From an uncultured Eubacterium sp. (lineage in GTDB: Bacteria > Bacillota > Clostridia > Lachnospirales > Lachnospiraceae): 64,000 nucleotides of DNA. A program made the translations under genes and the position numbers. The notes beneath the pieces were generated by a model. It made no database searches, was not told the origin of the DNA, and was given only the letters and a program-made list of their open reading frames with translations. The stretch covers positions 13,695-77,694 of the forward strand of contig CAJTTQ010000001.1 of assembly GCA_910579145.1 (NCBI GenBank). Reading direction: 5' to 3'. Shown here piece after piece: positions 27,387 through 36,026 of this stretch (position 1 is the stretch's first letter; each line of letters opens with the position of its first letter).

Positions 27387-29366
27387 ATGAAATATACAAA
27401 ATGCTGGCTTGATTACAAGCCGATACCAGAAAACCTGAGAAGGCCGTGCTACTATGAGCCGGTACTTCTCGCCTTTGGACGCGTCGCTGAGACGGCGGCG
27501 GAGGAATATTGTATCTCGATGAGCGAGATGTTAGACGAGCCTGTGGAGATGCGGCGCGGGGAACCGGTAGACGAACCCGCGGTATATTTAGAGGTGGAGG
27601 AGGAACTGCAGACAGCGGAAGCGGACGATTCACTGGCCGGACAGACCTTTGCGATCCGCGAGGAAGAGGAAAATATCATCATTACGGGAAAATCCGAAGA
27701 GGCGCTTTTACAGGGCGTGTTCGCGTTTACCCGTATGGTGTATCTCGGTGAGATTGACGAAAAACTGCCGTTTTGCTGTACGCCTTCGACGCCGCTGCGC
27801 ATGATGGACCACTGGGACGATATGAATGGCAGCATCGAGCGCGGGTATTCGGGAAGATCGTTCTTTTACGACGATTACGAGATGATGTACAATGAGAGGA
27901 TTGAAATGTATGCCCGTCTCGTGGCCTCGATCGGCACGAACGCCATTACGATCAACAATGTGAATGTTCATGAGAAGGAGACGTTTTTGATCACCGACGT
28001 GTACCTGCAGCAGGTGAAGCAGTACGCGGAGCTGTTTGCCAGATACGGCATCCGGCTGTATGTCAGTGTGAATTTCGCGGCGCCGATGCAGCTTGGCGGG
28101 CTTGCGGTCTGTGACCCGCTCAATCCCGATGTGGCGGCGTGGTGGGAAAAGACGGTAAAGCACGTGTATGAGGTAATACCGGAATTTGGCGGTTTTCTCG
28201 TGAAAGCGGATTCGGAAGGGCGGCCGGGGCCGTTTACGTACGGGCGCACCCATGTGGACGGCGCCAATATGCTGGCGAGAGCGCTGGCGCCGTACGGCGG
28301 AACGCTCGTGTGGCGCTGTTTTGTGTACAATTGCGGACAGGACTGGCGCGACCGGAAGACGGACCGCGCGAGGGCGGCCTACGATCATTTTATGGAACTG
28401 GACGGGAAGTTTGACGACAATGTGATCCTTCAGATCAAGAACGGGCCCATGGATTTTCAGGTGCGGGAGCCGGTATCGCCGCTGTTTGGCGGGCTGAAAA
28501 AGACGAACATGATGCTCGAGGTACAAATCGCGCAGGAATATACCGGACAGCAGATCGATCTGTGCTATCTCATTCCGATGTGGAAGGAGATACTGGCGTT
28601 TGACATTGGCGGCGATGGGACGGCGGTTTCACATGTCGTCTGCGGGATCGCGGGCGTGATCAATACGGGCGATGATGAGAACTGGACCGGAAACGATCTG
28701 GCGGCGGCCAATCTCTATGGATTTGGGCGGCTGGCGATGGATGGGACGCTTTCGGCGGAGCAGATCGCGAGAGAGTGGAGCAGGCTCTCCCTTTCGCGCG
28801 AGGATGATGTGACCGATACGGTCGTGCCGATGCTCTGCGGCTCGTGGGCGACGTATGAAAAGTACAATGCCCCGCTCGGGATCGGCTGGATGGTGACACC
28901 GCATACCCATTACGGCCCGGATATCGACGGATACGAGTACGACCGCTGGGGAACGTACCACAGGGCGGATCTGCACGGCATCGGCGTGGACCGGACGGGC
29001 GCGGGAACCGGCTATGTCGAACAGTACAACGAGCCCTGGCGCTCACGCTATGCCAATAAGGAGAAGTGTCCAGAGGAGCTGCTGCTCTTTTTCCACTACA
29101 TCCCGTATACGTACGTGTTAAAAACGGGAAAGACACTGATCCAGCACATTTACGACACGCATTTTGAAGGCGTCGAGGAAGTGGAAGCGATGAAGAAACA
29201 GTGGGAGGGACTGGCAGGGAAAATATCAGACCGCTCCTTTGCGTGCGTGAAGGACCGGTTTGCCAGACAGCTGGAAAACGCGAAGGAATGGCGCGACCGT
29301 GTCAACACGTACTTTTACCGGAAAAGCGGCATCGACGACGAAAAGGGAAGGACGATTTATCAATAG
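27387..29366 (+). CDS. aguA: GH67 alpha-glucuronidase, cytoplasmic
   Basis: RMMDHWDDMNGSIERGYSGRS, INNVNV, VKADSEGRPGP, IKNGPMDFQVREP, EYTGQQ, GIGVDRT. Alternative start 27375. Confidence 0.95.
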   Translation: MKYTKCWLDYKPIPENLRRPCYYEPVLLAFGRVAETAAEEYCISMSEMLDEPVEMRRGEPVDEPAVYLEVEEELQTAEADDSLAGQTFAIREEEENIIITGKSEEALLQGVFAFTRMVYLGEIDEKLPFCCTPSTPLRMMDHWDDMNGSIERGYSGRSFFYDDYEMMYNERIEMYARLVASIGTNAITINNVNVHEKETFLITDVYLQQVKQYAELFARYGIRLYVSVNFAAPMQLGGLAVCDPLNPDVAAWWEKTVKHVYEVIPEFGGFLVKADSEGRPGPFTYGRTHVDGANMLARALAPYGGTLVWRCFVYNCGQDWRDRKTDRARAAYDHFMELDGKFDDNVILQIKNGPMDFQVREPVSPLFGGLKKTNMMLEVQIAQEYTGQQIDLCYLIPMWKEILAFDIGGDGTAVSHVVCGIAGVINTGDDENWTGNDLAAANLYGFGRLAMDGTLSAEQIAREWSRLSLSREDDVTDTVVPMLCGSWATYEKYNAPLGIGWMVTPHTHYGPDIDGYEYDRWGTYHRADLHGIGVDRTGAGTGYVEQYNEPWRSRYANKEKCPEELLLFFHYIPYTYVLKTGKTLIQHIYDTHFEGVEEVEAMKKQWEGLAGKISDRSFACVKDRFARQLENAKEWRDRVNTYFYRKSGIDDEKGRTIYQ

Positions 29367-29450
29367 CGTCAGGTCGTCTGCACGGAGAGTGGAAGATCAT
29401 TGAATGGGAAAAGAATCGACGAGAACGAACAGAAAGGAATGAGAACAGAT

Positions 29451-30527
29451 ATGGATATGACATTAAGATGGTATGGCACGGGAAATGACAGTGTCACACT
29501 GGAACAGATCCGCCAGATACCGGGCGTCAGCGGTGTCATTACAGCACTTCACGATATTCCGGCCGGCGAGGCGTGGACGTATGAGGATGTCATGGAGCGC
29601 AAACAGGAAGTGGAAGCGAGCGGGCTGGGACTGATCGGCATCGAGAGTATTAATGTACACGAAGACATAAAGATCGGTCTGCCGACGAGGGACGAACTGA
29701 TCGATAATTACAATAAATCCCTGGAGGCGGTCGGAAAAGCGGGCATCCATCTGGTATGCTACAATTTTATGCCGGTGTTTGACTGGACGCGGACCGATCT
29801 CGCGATGCCGCTGCCGGACGGATCGACGGCACTTGCCTATGATTCTTCGATCATCGACGGCATCGACGCGAGTGAGATGTTTGAGCGTATCGAGAAGGCG
29901 AGCGGCGGGTTTGTCATGCCGGGCTGGGAGCCGAACCGCCGGGATGAGATCATGGATCTGTTTGACAAATATAAGGATGTGACCGCAGATAAGCTGCGGG
30001 AAAATTATAAGGTGTTCCTCGACGGGATCATGCCGACGTGTGAGAAATATGAGATCAAGATGGCGGTCCATCCAGACGATCCGGCCTGGGATGTGTTCGG
30101 GCTTCCGCGCATTGTCACATGTGAGGACGACATGCTGAAGATCGCCGCGCTGAATAACAGCATCTACAACGGATTTACATTCTGTACGGGATCGCTCGGC
30201 AGCAACCTGAACAACGATCTGCCAAACATCATCCGCAATCCGAAGATCGCAGAGAGGATCCACTTTGCGCATATCCGCAACATCAAGTATGAGAATGACG
30301 ATCTGTTCCACGAAGTATCCCATCTGTCATCCGATGGAAATTTTGATATGTACGAGATCATCAAGGCGCTCATTGACACCGGGTTTGACGGGGTGATCCG
30401 CCCCGACCACGGACGGATGATCTGGAATGAGCAGGCGAGGCCGGGATACGGGTTGTATGACCGCGCGCTCGGTGTGGCTTATATCAATGGACTTTGGGAA
30501 GCGATCCAAAAGAACAAAAAAGCGTGA
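29451..30527 (+). CDS. uxuA: Mannonate dehydratase
   Basis: MTLRWYG, IESINVHEDIK, CYNFMPVFDWTRTDL, HPDDP, RPDHGR..PGYGLYDRALG. Confidence 0.96.
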   Translation: MDMTLRWYGTGNDSVTLEQIRQIPGVSGVITALHDIPAGEAWTYEDVMERKQEVEASGLGLIGIESINVHEDIKIGLPTRDELIDNYNKSLEAVGKAGIHLVCYNFMPVFDWTRTDLAMPLPDGSTALAYDSSIIDGIDASEMFERIEKASGGFVMPGWEPNRRDEIMDLFDKYKDVTADKLRENYKVFLDGIMPTCEKYEIKMAVHPDDPAWDVFGLPRIVTCEDDMLKIAALNNSIYNGFTFCTGSLGSNLNNDLPNIIRNPKIAERIHFAHIRNIKYENDDLFHEVSHLSSDGNFDMYEIIKALIDTGFDGVIRPDHGRMIWNEQARPGYGLYDRALGVAYINGLWEAIQKNKKA

Positions 30528-30550
30528 GGCATGCAGAAAAGAGGTAGATC

Positions 30551-32194
30551 ATGAAATTAACAGATTTGCAAAACGAAGTATCCGGGGTTTGGGAGGAAAA
30601 AGGCTATGAGCTTCCGTCATACGACAGGGAGGCCGTGAAAAAGAAGACATCGGAGGCACCGGCCTGGGTTCATTTTGGCGCCGGCAATATCTTCCGCGCG
30701 TTCCCGGCGGAACTTCTCCAGCGGTTATTGAACGCGGGCGAGTACGACAAGGGCGTGATCGTGGCGGAGAGTTTTGACCACGAGATCATTTCCAAAGCCT
30801 ACAAGCCGTATGACAGCCTGAGCCTGTCCGTCGTGTTAAAGGCGGATGGCACGATCGAGAAGAAAGTGGTGGGAAGTGTCGTGGAAGCGCTTGTGGCTGA
30901 TCAGGCGGAGCCGGCTGATTTCGCGCGGCTGTTCGAAATTTTTGAGAGTCCGTCGCTGCAGATGGCGAGCTTTACGATCACCGAAAAAGGATATAGCATT
31001 TACGACGGAAAGGGGAACATTCTCCCCGTTGTGGAGGCAGGGTTCCAGGCAAAGCCGGAAGAGCAGGGCCATCTGATGGGGCGTGTGGCGGCTCTCTGCT
31101 ACCGTAGGTTCCAGACGTGCGGGGCGCCGCTGGCACTTTCGAGCATGGACAATTGTTCCCATAACGGCGATAAGTTAAAGGCCGGCGTGATGGCATTTGT
31201 CGATGCCTGGATCAAAAACGGAATCGTGGAGCCAGCATTCGGCGATTACATGAAGGATGAGGCAAAAGTTTCGTTCCCGTGGTCGATGATCGATAAGATC
31301 ACGCCGCGGCCGGATGAGAATGTAAAGAACATGCTGGAGGCGGATGGGTTTGAGGATACGGAACTGATCATCACGAACCGGAATACGTATACCTCGCCAT
31401 TTGTCAATTCCGAAGAGACGGGGTATCTCGTGATCGAGGACCGCTTCCCGAACGGAAGGCCGCCGCTTGAGAAGGCCGGCATTTTGTTTACAGACCGGGA
31501 GACGGTGGACAAGGTGGAAAAAATGAAGGTATGTACATGCCTGAACCCGCTCCACACCGCGCTGGCCATTTACGGATGCCTGCTCTCTTACACGTCCATC
31601 CATGAGGAGATGGAAGACGCGCAGTTATCGGCGCTGATCGAGAAGATGTGTTATCAGGAGGGGATGCCGGTCGTGGTAGATCCCGGTATCATCGATCCGA
31701 AGGAGTTCGCGGACGCCGTTTTGCGCCTGCGCCTCCCGAATCCGTTCATGCCGGATTCTCCGCAGCGCATCGTCACCGATACGTCACAGAAACTTCCGAT
31801 CCGTTTTGGCGAGACGATCAAGGCCTATGAGGCGAGTGAGTCATTACAGGTGGATTCCCTGACGCTGATCCCGCTCGTCCTTGCCGGGTGGTGCCGCTAT
31901 CTGATGGGAGTGGACGACGAAGGGAAGCCGTTTGAGCAGAGTTCGGATCCGAGACTCGATGAGGTGAAGAAATATGTGGCGGATGTCAGGCTGGGGGAAG
32001 ATGCCGATGAACATCCAATGGATGTTCATCCGATGGATGTACATAAGGTACTTCAGCCGATCCTGTCAGATGAGACGATCTTTGCGGTCAATTTGTATGA
32101 CGCGGGGCTCGGTGAGAAGGTCGAGGGCATGTTCGCGGAACTGACGGCCGGTACGGGTGCCGTGCGGGCGACGCTTCTGAAATATACGGCGTAA
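30551..32194 (+). CDS. uxuB: Mannitol dehydrogenase family protein, probable D-mannonate oxidoreductase (UxuB function)
   Basis: WVHFGAGNIFRA, SFTITEKGY, SMDNCSHNG, MIDKITP, DTSQKLPIRF; adjacent to uxuA. Confidence 0.8.
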   Translation: MKLTDLQNEVSGVWEEKGYELPSYDREAVKKKTSEAPAWVHFGAGNIFRAFPAELLQRLLNAGEYDKGVIVAESFDHEIISKAYKPYDSLSLSVVLKADGTIEKKVVGSVVEALVADQAEPADFARLFEIFESPSLQMASFTITEKGYSIYDGKGNILPVVEAGFQAKPEEQGHLMGRVAALCYRRFQTCGAPLALSSMDNCSHNGDKLKAGVMAFVDAWIKNGIVEPAFGDYMKDEAKVSFPWSMIDKITPRPDENVKNMLEADGFEDTELIITNRNTYTSPFVNSEETGYLVIEDRFPNGRPPLEKAGILFTDRETVDKVEKMKVCTCLNPLHTALAIYGCLLSYTSIHEEMEDAQLSALIEKMCYQEGMPVVVDPGIIDPKEFADAVLRLRLPNPFMPDSPQRIVTDTSQKLPIRFGETIKAYEASESLQVDSLTLIPLVLAGWCRYLMGVDDEGKPFEQSSDPRLDEVKKYVADVRLGEDADEHPMDVHPMDVHKVLQPILSDETIFAVNLYDAGLGEKVEGMFAELTAGTGAVRATLLKYTA

Positions 32195-32200
32195 ATATAC

Positions 32201-32247
32201 AAAAAACATCGCTTTTCCACGGTTTGTACGTGGGGGCGATGTTTTTT
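32201..32247. terminator. Bidirectional terminator
   Basis: AAAAAACATCGC...GCGATGTTTTTT between convergent genes. Confidence 0.8.
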
Positions 32248-32504
32248 CATGTGTCGTCTTCTACTTCTATGAGTTCGTGCTGTTGTCCTTTCCCGGAAGA
32301 AAGCTGGGCAATTCCCCGATCGATCATGGCAAGATATTCGGCATTTTGGAATGCTTTCATGATCTGATTATATTTTTCCAAACTTAAAATGACCACATTT
32401 TTCTCGTCTTTTCGGGTAACAATGACGGTTTCGTTGTGATCGGTCACTTCATCACAGTAAGATTTCAAATTATTTCTAATAGTAGAATAATTTACTGCTA
32501 ACAT
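32247..32504 (-). CDS. Phd/YefM family antitoxin with no adjacent toxin
   Basis: MLAVNYSTIRNNLKSYCD..ETVIVTRK..NVVILSLEKYN..N..YL..I. Confidence 0.9.
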   Translation of the reverse strand: MLAVNYSTIRNNLKSYCDEVTDHNETVIVTRKDEKNVVILSLEKYNQIMKAFQNAEYLAMIDRGIAQLSSGKGQQHELIEVEDDT

Positions 32505-32587
32505 AATATCATCTTTTTTTTCATTTTATGATAATATTATGTTCCTGTCAATGGAAATCAGACCTGTTGTTGTACGTATTACTTTTT

Positions 32588-33364
32588 TCAAGCCAATTCC
32601 GATTTCATGATCCCGAGCGCGTTTTTCTCCAGCCGGGATACCTGCGCCTGCGAAATGTGGATCTCTTCGGCCACCTCCATCTGTGTTTTCCCCTGGAAAT
32701 AGCGGAGGTCAATGATATTTTTCTCCCGCTCCGGCAGTGACTTCATCGCTTCCTGCAGGGAAATCATTTCTACCCATGTAGACTCTTTGTTTTTCGTGTC
32801 GCTGATCTGATCCATGATATATAACGTATCGCCGCCCTCGGAGTACACGGGTTCATAGAGCGAGACCGGACTTTGGATCGCGTCGAGCGCGAAAACGATA
32901 TCCTCTGCCGGCACATCCAGTTCCTTGGCGATGTCTTCGATCGTGGGCTCGTGGTCGGTCCGTTTCATCATCGCCTCTTTCGTGTAGATCGCTTTGTAGG
33001 CGATGTCGCGCAGCGAGCGGCTCACGCGGATCGAGTTGTTGTCGCGCAGGAAGCGGCGCACTTCTCCAATGATCATCGGAACCGCGTACGTACTGAACTT
33101 TACGTTCATCGTGACGTCAAAGTTGTCGATCGCTTTGATCAGGCCGATGCAGCCGATCTGAAACAGGTCGTCGATGTTTTCATTCGCATTCGTAAAGCGC
33201 TGGATGATGCTGAGGACGAGACGGAGATTTCCCTTGATGTACGTTTCCCTGGCCTGTTTGTTCCCTTTGGCAATCTCCTGGAACAATGTTTCTTTTTCCT
33301 CTTCGCTCAAGAGCGGAAGTTTACTCGTATTTACGCCGCATATTTCAACTTTATATTGTGCCAT
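32588..33364 (-). CDS. sigG: Sporulation sigma factor SigG
   Basis: KVEICGVNTSKLPLL N-terminus, DDLFQIGCIGLIKAIDNFD, IRVSRSLRDIAYKA, GKTQMEVA..ISQAQVSRLEK; GAGGT RBS. Confidence 0.96.
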   Translation of the reverse strand: MAQYKVEICGVNTSKLPLLSEEEKETLFQEIAKGNKQARETYIKGNLRLVLSIIQRFTNANENIDDLFQIGCIGLIKAIDNFDVTMNVKFSTYAVPMIIGEVRRFLRDNNSIRVSRSLRDIAYKAIYTKEAMMKRTDHEPTIEDIAKELDVPAEDIVFALDAIQSPVSLYEPVYSEGGDTLYIMDQISDTKNKESTWVEMISLQEAMKSLPEREKNIIDLRYFQGKTQMEVAEEIHISQAQVSRLEKNALGIMKSELA

Positions 33365-33482
33365 GTCAGATACCTCGCCAAAAAGATTTAAAGATTTTTC
33401 TAAGAGATATTTTGCGCATAAACGAATGAAATATTCCCCGGCCACATACATTTATAAAAATAAATTTTGCGTGGTTTTGACA

Positions 33483-33737
33483 ATGCGGATTTGCGATCTC
33501 AGGGAAAAAGAAGTCATCAATGTGTGCGACGGGGAGAGGCTCGGTTATGTGGAGGATATGATCTTTGATCTGTGCAAGGGGTGTATCAGCCATATCATCG
33601 TGCCCGGCCCGTGCAAGTTTTTCGGGATATTTGGCAGGGAGGAAGAGTTTATCATCGACCTCTCGTGTATCCGGCAGATCGGGGCCGACGTGATCTTAGT
33701 GGAGATCTCGGTAGAGCGGGCCAGAAAAAAGTGCTGA
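33483..33737 (+). CDS. ylmC: YlmC/YmxH family PRC-barrel sporulation protein
   Basis: MRICDLREKEVINVCDGERLGYVED..IRQIGADVILV. Confidence 0.9.
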   Translation: MRICDLREKEVINVCDGERLGYVEDMIFDLCKGCISHIIVPGPCKFFGIFGREEEFIIDLSCIRQIGADVILVEISVERARKKC

Positions 33738-33753
33738 GAAACGAAAAAAACAC

Positions 33754-33782
33754 TTTACGGCGGGGGCATTTTCGATTATGAT
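33754..33782 (+). promoter_or_regulatory. SigA-like promoter upstream of nrdR
   Basis: TTTACG-17-TATGAT. Confidence 0.5.
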
Positions 33783-33840
33783 AGTAGTGGTTTAAAAATA
33801 GAACGTGCGCAGGAAAAGCAGGAGTGGGCGATCCCATCTG

Positions 33841-33942
33841 GCGGAAATGAGGTAAGTGTGGATGGGCGCCAGAGCCGCCTATCCACAACATGATTTTTAT
33901 TCATGTGGGAAGAACGCAAAAAACAGCGCGGAAATGAGGTAA
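33841..33942 (+). repeat. Exact 15-bp direct repeat GCGGAAATGAGGTAA (includes the nrdR RBS), 87-bp period
   Basis: Copies at 33841-33855 and 33928-33942. Confidence 0.85.
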
Positions 33943-33945
33943 ATT

Positions 33946-34401
33946 ATGAAATGTCCATTTTGCGGAGAAGAAAATACGAAGGTGATCGATTCCAGACCGG
34001 CGGATGATAACAATTCCATCCGCCGGAGAAGACAGTGTGAGAAGTGCAGCAAGCGGTTTACCACCTATGAGAAACTCGAGACGATCCCTCTTATCGTCAT
34101 TAAAAAGGATATGGTCAGGGAGGTGTACGACCGCTCAAAGATCGAGCAGGGGATTTTCCGTTCGTGTACGAAACTGCCGATTTCTGTCGATCAGATCAAT
34201 GGGGTTGTAGATAGTATTGAGACGGAAATATTTAATCTCGGCGAGAAAGAGGTGTCCAGCCAGTGTATCGGAGAGATCGTGATGGCGCGCCTCAAAGACG
34301 TTCATCCGGTCGCTTACGTGAGGTTCGCCTCTATTTACCGTGAATTTAAAGACGTCAATACATTTATGGATGAGATCAAAAAAATACTGGACAACCAGTA
34401 A
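33946..34401 (+). CDS. nrdR: Transcriptional repressor NrdR
   Basis: MKCPFC..KVIDSR..IRRRRQC..RFTTYE zinc ribbon; ATP cone; VAYVRFASIYREF. Confidence 0.97.
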   Translation: MKCPFCGEENTKVIDSRPADDNNSIRRRRQCEKCSKRFTTYEKLETIPLIVIKKDMVREVYDRSKIEQGIFRSCTKLPISVDQINGVVDSIETEIFNLGEKEVSSQCIGEIVMARLKDVHPVAYVRFASIYREFKDVNTFMDEIKKILDNQ

Positions 34402-34456
34402 GGACGGGTGCTATACTGAAGACAGGTGGTTTTCTCCTTCGAGAGAGGAGAAAGAG

Positions 34457-36022
34457 ATGTATAGTAAAGTATTTAGTGCCGGGCTGAGCGGCCTTGAGGC
34501 ACATGTGATCCAGGTGGAGGCAGACGTATCAAATGGCCTGCCTGTTTTTCAGATGGTGGGAGTGCTGGCTTCGGCTGTGAAAGAAGCCAGGGAGAGGGTG
34601 CGCATCGCGCTGCAAAACGCGGGGTACCGCTTTCCGGCAAAGCGGATCACCATTAACCTCTCACCGGCAGATCTGCGAAAAAATGGTTCGGGATTTGACC
34701 TGCCCATCGCTATCTCATTACTTGCCGCATTCGGCATGATTCCAGGGGAAAAACTAAATAAGGTACTAGTGGTCGGGGAACTCGGTCTGGACGGAACGGT
34801 AGACGGTATCCGCGGCACGCTTTCGATGGCTGTCATGGGGAAAAAAGAGGGGTTTCACACGCTTGTTTTGCCGCAGGAAAATGCGGCGGAAGCCGGACTT
34901 GTCGACGGAATGCGCGTCGTCGGCGTGGAGACCATTTCCGAGGCGATCGACTACATACGGACGGGAGCGGTGGTACACCGGGAGGCAATTGTCTGTCCTG
35001 ATGAAAGAAAACAGGGGGATCTGTATGACGGGGAGCCGGATTTCAGTGAGATCTACGGTCAGGAGAGAGTTAAACAGGCATTGGAAACGGCGGTCAGCGG
35101 AGGGCATAATGTACTGATGATCGGGGCGCCCGGCACGGGAAAGACGATGCTCGCCAGACGGATTCCGGGGATCATGCCCAGACTGTCCAAAGAGGAGGCG
35201 CTCGAACTTACGAAAATATACAGTGTAGCCGGTATGCTGCGCGGTGATGCTTCCGTGATGAGCCGCCGGCCGTTTCGCGCGCCGCACCACACGGTTACGC
35301 CGGCCGCGCTGGCCGGCGGTGGACGGGAGCCGTTTCCGGGAGAAGTCACGCTCGCGCACCACGGCGTGCTCTTTTTGGACGAGCTGCCCGAGTTTCGGAG
35401 AAACACACTGGAAATTTTGCGCCAGCCGATGGAGGAGGGAAAGATCCAGCTGTCAAGGCTTGGGAAATGCTACGAATACCCGGCAAAAATGACAGTAGTC
35501 GGCGCGATGAACCCGTGTAAATGCGGATATTTTCCCGATCTGAACCGGTGCCGCTGTACGCTCGGGCAGGTGCAGGGGTATCTCTCCCGGCTGAGCGAGC
35601 CGCTGCTCGACCGCATCGACATCTGTGTCGAGACTGAGCGGCAGGAAGGGTTGTTTGGGGGAGAGCGCGGGGAGGACAGCGCGCATATCAGACAGCGGAT
35701 CGTGCGGACGAGACAGATCCAAAAGGAGCGCTATAGCGGGGAAAGGATCGAATTAAATAGTGAACTAGGTGGACATCTGCTCGAAAAATACTGTTTTTTA
35801 AATAAGAAGGAGAGGCGGCTGTTAGAGGAGCTCGTGAAGCGCACCGGCGTTTCTCCGCGCGGTGTGCAGCGTTTGCTCCGGGTGGCGCGCACGCTTGCCG
35901 ATATGAAAGAGAAGGAGCGGATCGGGGAAGGGGAACTTCTGGAAGCTTCGGCGTATAAAGTAGTCAGCCATAAGTACTGGACAAGCGCGGATGTGTATGA
36001 CGGGGAAAGGATGCGGGGGTGA
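34457..36022 (+). CDS. comM: YifB/ComM family Mg-chelatase-like AAA+ ATPase
   Basis: RITINLSPADLRK.GSGFDLPIA, GAPGTGKTMLA, RPFRAPHHT, LAHHGVLFLDELPEF, AMNPC.CG. Confidence 0.92.
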   Translation: MYSKVFSAGLSGLEAHVIQVEADVSNGLPVFQMVGVLASAVKEARERVRIALQNAGYRFPAKRITINLSPADLRKNGSGFDLPIAISLLAAFGMIPGEKLNKVLVVGELGLDGTVDGIRGTLSMAVMGKKEGFHTLVLPQENAAEAGLVDGMRVVGVETISEAIDYIRTGAVVHREAIVCPDERKQGDLYDGEPDFSEIYGQERVKQALETAVSGGHNVLMIGAPGTGKTMLARRIPGIMPRLSKEEALELTKIYSVAGMLRGDASVMSRRPFRAPHHTVTPAALAGGGREPFPGEVTLAHHGVLFLDELPEFRRNTLEILRQPMEEGKIQLSRLGKCYEYPAKMTVVGAMNPCKCGYFPDLNRCRCTLGQVQGYLSRLSEPLLDRIDICVETERQEGLFGGERGEDSAHIRQRIVRTRQIQKERYSGERIELNSELGGHLLEKYCFLNKKERRLLEELVKRTGVSPRGVQRLLRVARTLADMKEKERIGEGELLEASAYKVVSHKYWTSADVYDGERMRG

Positions 36023-36026
36023 CGAC

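Noticed and set aside
27708..30323. Long antisense ORFs (27708-28526, 29463-30323) and similar ones elsewhere
   Set aside because: Shadow frames of well-supported GC3-rich genes; no recognisable motifs
32053..32250. 65-aa minus-strand ORF overlapping the antitoxin stop, as a candidate toxin
   Set aside because: No YoeB/RelE/Doc/PIN motifs; runs through the terminator and antisense to uxuB
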